From: Cyanobacteria bacterium GSL.Bin1
Lineage (GTDB): Bacteria > Cyanobacteriota > Cyanobacteriia > Cyanobacteriales > Rubidibacteraceae
Assembly: GCA_009909085.1 (NCBI GenBank)
Contig: JAAANX010000099.1
Span: forward strand, 25,920-57,919
Length of the DNA: 32,000 nucleotides
Reading direction: 5' to 3'
Shown here: positions 29,165 to 32,000 of the stretch, one piece after another
How the letters are laid out: each line of letters begins with the position of its first letter
How positions within the stretch are numbered: position 1 is the stretch's first letter
The notes under the pieces: generated by a model
Told to the model about the DNA's origin: nothing
The model's database searches: none
Seen by the model: the letters and a program-made list of their open reading frames with translations, nothing else
Translations under genes and position numbers: made by a program

Positions 29165-30730
29165 CTAAACTAATGCTGGCTCTGCTGACTCTTCTGCAAC
29201 TAGTTCGGGAATTAATTGTTTTAAGCCCTCAAATATTTCCTCTTCTGTTTTGAATCGTTCGCGCTCTAGAAAAGATATATCCAGGGTACTTTTGACTGTT
29301 GCAGCTTCTAATTCTATGAATTTTTCTGAAGGAGGAAGTGACGGAACGAACAGCAGCCATTTGTCAATGATACCCTGTGCAAAGGGTTCCAAGATGCTCA
29401 AACTCTTGTGATTGGCGATCGCAACTGCTAATTCTTGGTTAATCACCTTCATTTGTTTAGCAACGGAATTGGCAAAATCATCGCGAATTTTATCCAACTC
29501 AGTCTTTCTCTTATCTCCAGCTAAATTTTCGTCCTTGCCTATATCCTTCAAGTCTTTAAATCTATCGTAGGAACTTTCTAAATCGGCAACAATTTGTGAG
29601 TCTTTAGAATCAATTTCTACACTCTTAAACTGCTCGATCATCGATTCATAAGCATCATCCATGCTATCGACTATATCGTCTACAGTTGCGTCGAATTCTT
29701 CAAGAACGCCATAATATCCTATGACTAAAGTCTCTATGGCTTCATCAGTTTCTTCTTCCAAAACCAGATCGAATTCAGTGGCAACTGCCTCAAGTGCTTC
29801 TTGATTGACACTGCCATCGGCATTTTTGCAACCATTCAGCACAAAGTTATAAGTACTAATGGTAGATTCATAATCTTGAAGCATTTCATTTAAATCTCGC
29901 TTTATTGCAGCTTCTGCTTTTTGCTGTTGGATCAGGGTGAAAATACTGAATCCAAAAGAACCGACATTAACCAGCTTATCAACCCCCCGTAACATCATAC
30001 TTCCGTATTTGGTAATGCCAGAGCGGACTTGTTGGACCCTGTTTTTTTTGGCTTCCTGACTGTCGCTTAATTGCTCTGGGTTTTGACTACCAACACCCAT
30101 GTTGTTGGGACTAGTATCTGCTCCAGGAGCATTTGCTCCTGACTCGCGCTTTTTGTACTGACTATAACCTAAGAATCCTGCTCTCAAACCAAGACCAGAA
30201 CTCGCAAGACCAATAATCATATAATTGGGACCGAGTTGTTGTTGAATCGCTGTTAATTTGTCTTGGCTATCATCACTTAGATTGTTACTTAGTAAGGCTG
30301 TATTTTCAAACCATGTATAGGTTGTGGGAATACTACTATTTAATTTCTCTTTCAAGGAATCTAATGCTGCAATCTGTTCAAATGCTAACCCTTGTCTTTC
30401 GGTAAAATCATCATTGATACCGTGTAATGAGGTAATAGCTGCCAGTAAATTAGTGATATCTGTATTGGCTTGAGTAACCTGACTCATCATTGTGTCATAC
30501 TCAACTCCTTTTTCAGTTACCCTGTCAATCAATGCCTTGATTTCTGGATCGGTGACCCCTAATGCTTTGGCAATTTCGTTACCGATCAGAAACACATCCA
30601 TACCAGCATCAGCAATTTCTACGGTAGTCCAAAGACCCTTAGAGATTTTCACTGCCTTTTCAAACTTGGTAGATGCTCTCGCAGCAGTAGTTGCTGCTTT
30701 TGCTGCATTGATTAAACTAATAAAGCTCAT
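29165..30730 (-). CDS. Uncharacterised, predominantly helical/coiled-coil protein with internal hydrophobic segments
   Basis: 521 aa ORF, Glu/Asp/Lys-rich helical composition with short hydrophobic patches (GPNYMIIGLASSGLGLRAGFLGY; VDKLVNVGSFGFSIFTLI). Strong Shine-Dalgarno (AGGAG) upstream on the minus strand. Family not recognised. Confidence 0.8.
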   Translation of the reverse strand: MSFISLINAAKAATTAARASTKFEKAVKISKGLWTTVEIADAGMDVFLIGNEIAKALGVTDPEIKALIDRVTEKGVEYDTMMSQVTQANTDITNLLAAITSLHGINDDFTERQGLAFEQIAALDSLKEKLNSSIPTTYTWFENTALLSNNLSDDSQDKLTAIQQQLGPNYMIIGLASSGLGLRAGFLGYSQYKKRESGANAPGADTSPNNMGVGSQNPEQLSDSQEAKKNRVQQVRSGITKYGSMMLRGVDKLVNVGSFGFSIFTLIQQQKAEAAIKRDLNEMLQDYESTISTYNFVLNGCKNADGSVNQEALEAVATEFDLVLEEETDEAIETLVIGYYGVLEEFDATVDDIVDSMDDAYESMIEQFKSVEIDSKDSQIVADLESSYDRFKDLKDIGKDENLAGDKRKTELDKIRDDFANSVAKQMKVINQELAVAIANHKSLSILEPFAQGIIDKWLLFVPSLPPSEKFIELEAATVKSTLDISFLERERFKTEEEIFEGLKQLIPELVAEESAEPALV

Positions 30731-30783
30731 GATTTTCTTCTCCTTTCAATTAAGTACTAAAAAACAATCGTTACTTTCACTTA

Positions 30784-31305
30784 CTAACCAACATCAGCGA
30801 TAATTGACTTGGCTTCTTCTTCATCAATTGACGGGTCACTGGCGACAATCATCGCCACGCGGACATCATAGGGTAGGCTTTTGGTGCTTTGAGCTATTTT
30901 GATTGCGGTAGCGCGGATGCCCTCAAAAGATACCAAGCGACTACGTAATTTCTTTAATGCTTCTGCTTTATCCTCGACCCAATTATCCCAAGATTCTTCT
31001 GTCTGCTTAGGTTCAATGGTATTGAGTAGTTCATTAATTCTCAGATTGATTTCTCTCAGTTCCCCTCGCAAATCGGTTAAGTCTTGATTGGATTCTGCTA
31101 TACCATCATTTAACTCTTTAAGATATTGCTCCAGTTTGTCTTTCTTGGCTTCCAACTCGGAAATAGATAAACCTATATCTAGTCCGACGGATGCTACCGC
31201 TAAAACCCCCGATGCTCGTCCTGCTAGTTTGCCAATCTTCGTAAATTTGGACGCTTGGGAAACTTTTGAGACTTTTGTTAGCTTAGTGGTGCAGAAAACT
31301 TTCAT
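30784..31305 (-). CDS. Uncharacterised small helical/coiled-coil protein, probable partner of the downstream 521 aa protein
   Basis: 173 aa, ...KFTKIGKLAGRASGVLAVASVGLDIGLSISELEAKKDKLEQYLKELNDGIAESNQDLTDLRGELREINLRINELL...; same strand, 53 bp upstream of the 521 aa gene. Shares the KFxKxxK(I/L)...AxxGxD...E N-terminal pattern. Confidence 0.75.
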   Translation of the reverse strand: MKVFCTTKLTKVSKVSQASKFTKIGKLAGRASGVLAVASVGLDIGLSISELEAKKDKLEQYLKELNDGIAESNQDLTDLRGELREINLRINELLNTIEPKQTEESWDNWVEDKAEALKKLRSRLVSFEGIRATAIKIAQSTKSLPYDVRVAMIVASDPSIDEEEAKSIIADVG

Positions 31306-32000
31306 CGAAGTCCATAAGGGAAAACAGTCACTTTGGAAAACTCAATGCGAGTGCTGAGCTCCTCTCTTTTTTTCCGTGAAGCACAAGCTGATGGCGGATG
31401 AGTTCGTGGCAACCCGATCCAAGCAGGAAGAGGAAGCCTTTGATAGCAAAGTCGATTTAATTCCCGTAAACCGAGTTGCAGAAAGCTGAACCCTCTTTGA
31501 GAGTGCCAATCAAGACGAGAACGTTGTCCTTGCATCAGCAAGTGGACCGCCAAGGAAATAGCAATAATCGTTGCCGTAGCTAGAAGCATCAGTAAACCCT
31601 GCAGAGCTTGAGGGGTTCTGAGACGGGAACGGAGTAAGCTAAAGCCGGAAGATTTGTAATCCTTAAAGTGAGGCTCAATCCCACCAAAGCGTTGTCCATA
31701 AAGAAAGAAGGTTTGTAAACAGGGAGCAGTATTGGTAATGACAGCCCAGGGTTCTTCCGCATGGGAGACCTGAGCAGTAGCTAGATGACAGTGAATATCT
31801 TCAAGTACCGTAACCTGGGAGAAAAGATAAGCCTGTTGTAGCGGTGGCAATAAATGTTTAACGCTTTTGCTCCTTTGATCACAGAAAGTAATCTTGAGAT
31901 CTGATTTCGCCCGAATGGCCCAGGACCAAGATTGTTCCTCCAACCAACGGATTAACTCACCATGTTCAAAGCCTCGGTCGGCTAAGAGGGTGATCTGAGA
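31302..32000 (-). mobile_element. Insertion sequence DDE transposase, C-terminal part; continues past right window edge
   Basis: The reverse strand is open from the window edge: SQITLLADRGFEHGELIRWLEEQSWSWAIRAKSDLKI...PWAVITNTAPCLQTFFLYGQRFGGIEPHFKDYKSSGFSLLRSRLRTPQALQGLLMLLATATIIAIS; the DRGFEH and GIEPHFKDYKS(SGF) patterns are typical of IS4/Tnp_11-like DDE transposases. Confidence 0.85.

Noticed and set aside
26206-29167. 12-bp inverted match TAGGAGCTTATA (26206-26217) / TATAAGCTCCTA (29156-29167) flanking the two SBP genes, as possible element ends
   Set aside because: A 12-bp inverted match within ~3 kb is not very improbable by chance, and the right copy overlaps a stop codon. There is no recombinase or target duplication, so it is not called as mobile-element boundaries.
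1-32000. CRISPR arrays, prophage or classic restriction/toxin-antitoxin defence modules
   Set aside because: No regularly spaced direct repeats, no cas, phage structural or endonuclease genes recognised. The m5C methyltransferase appears solitary.

Overview
The window looks like beta-cyanobacterial chromosome: HIP1 octamers, a Form IB RuBisCO operon, beta-carboxysome genes and a phycobilisome linker. From left to right it contains: (1) a CO2-uptake-type NDH-1 pair, an NdhD-like gene that runs off the left edge and an NdhF-like gene, both on the minus strand; (2) a carboxysome/RuBisCO cluster on the plus strand, ccmK2-ccmK1-ccmL-ccmM-ccmN-rbcL-rbcX-rbcS; (3) mixed housekeeping genes: pyroglutamyl peptidase, rplI, acyl-lipid/acyl-CoA desaturase, a methionine gamma-lyase/aluminium-resistance family protein, an orphan m5C methyltransferase, UDP-GlcNAc 2-epimerase, uppS, diadenylate cyclase, lysA and cpcG; (4) a more accessory right end: a hybrid histidine kinase, two tandem solute-binding lipoproteins with no permease, a pair of uncharacterised helical proteins sharing an N-terminal motif, and a DDE transposase that runs off the right edge. 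Most of the window is ordinary. The items most worth a second look are the compact multi-hairpin element upstream of the UDP-GlcNAc 2-epimerase gene (18488-18595), the paired helical proteins (29165-31305), the kinase plus orphan solute-binding tandem (23131-29026), the four-SSUL CcmM with cysteine pairs only in its first and last repeats, and a MITE-like inverted-repeat element (11523-11711). No CRISPR array, rRNA or convincing tRNA was seen. All assignments come from motif recognition by eye; no database search was run.
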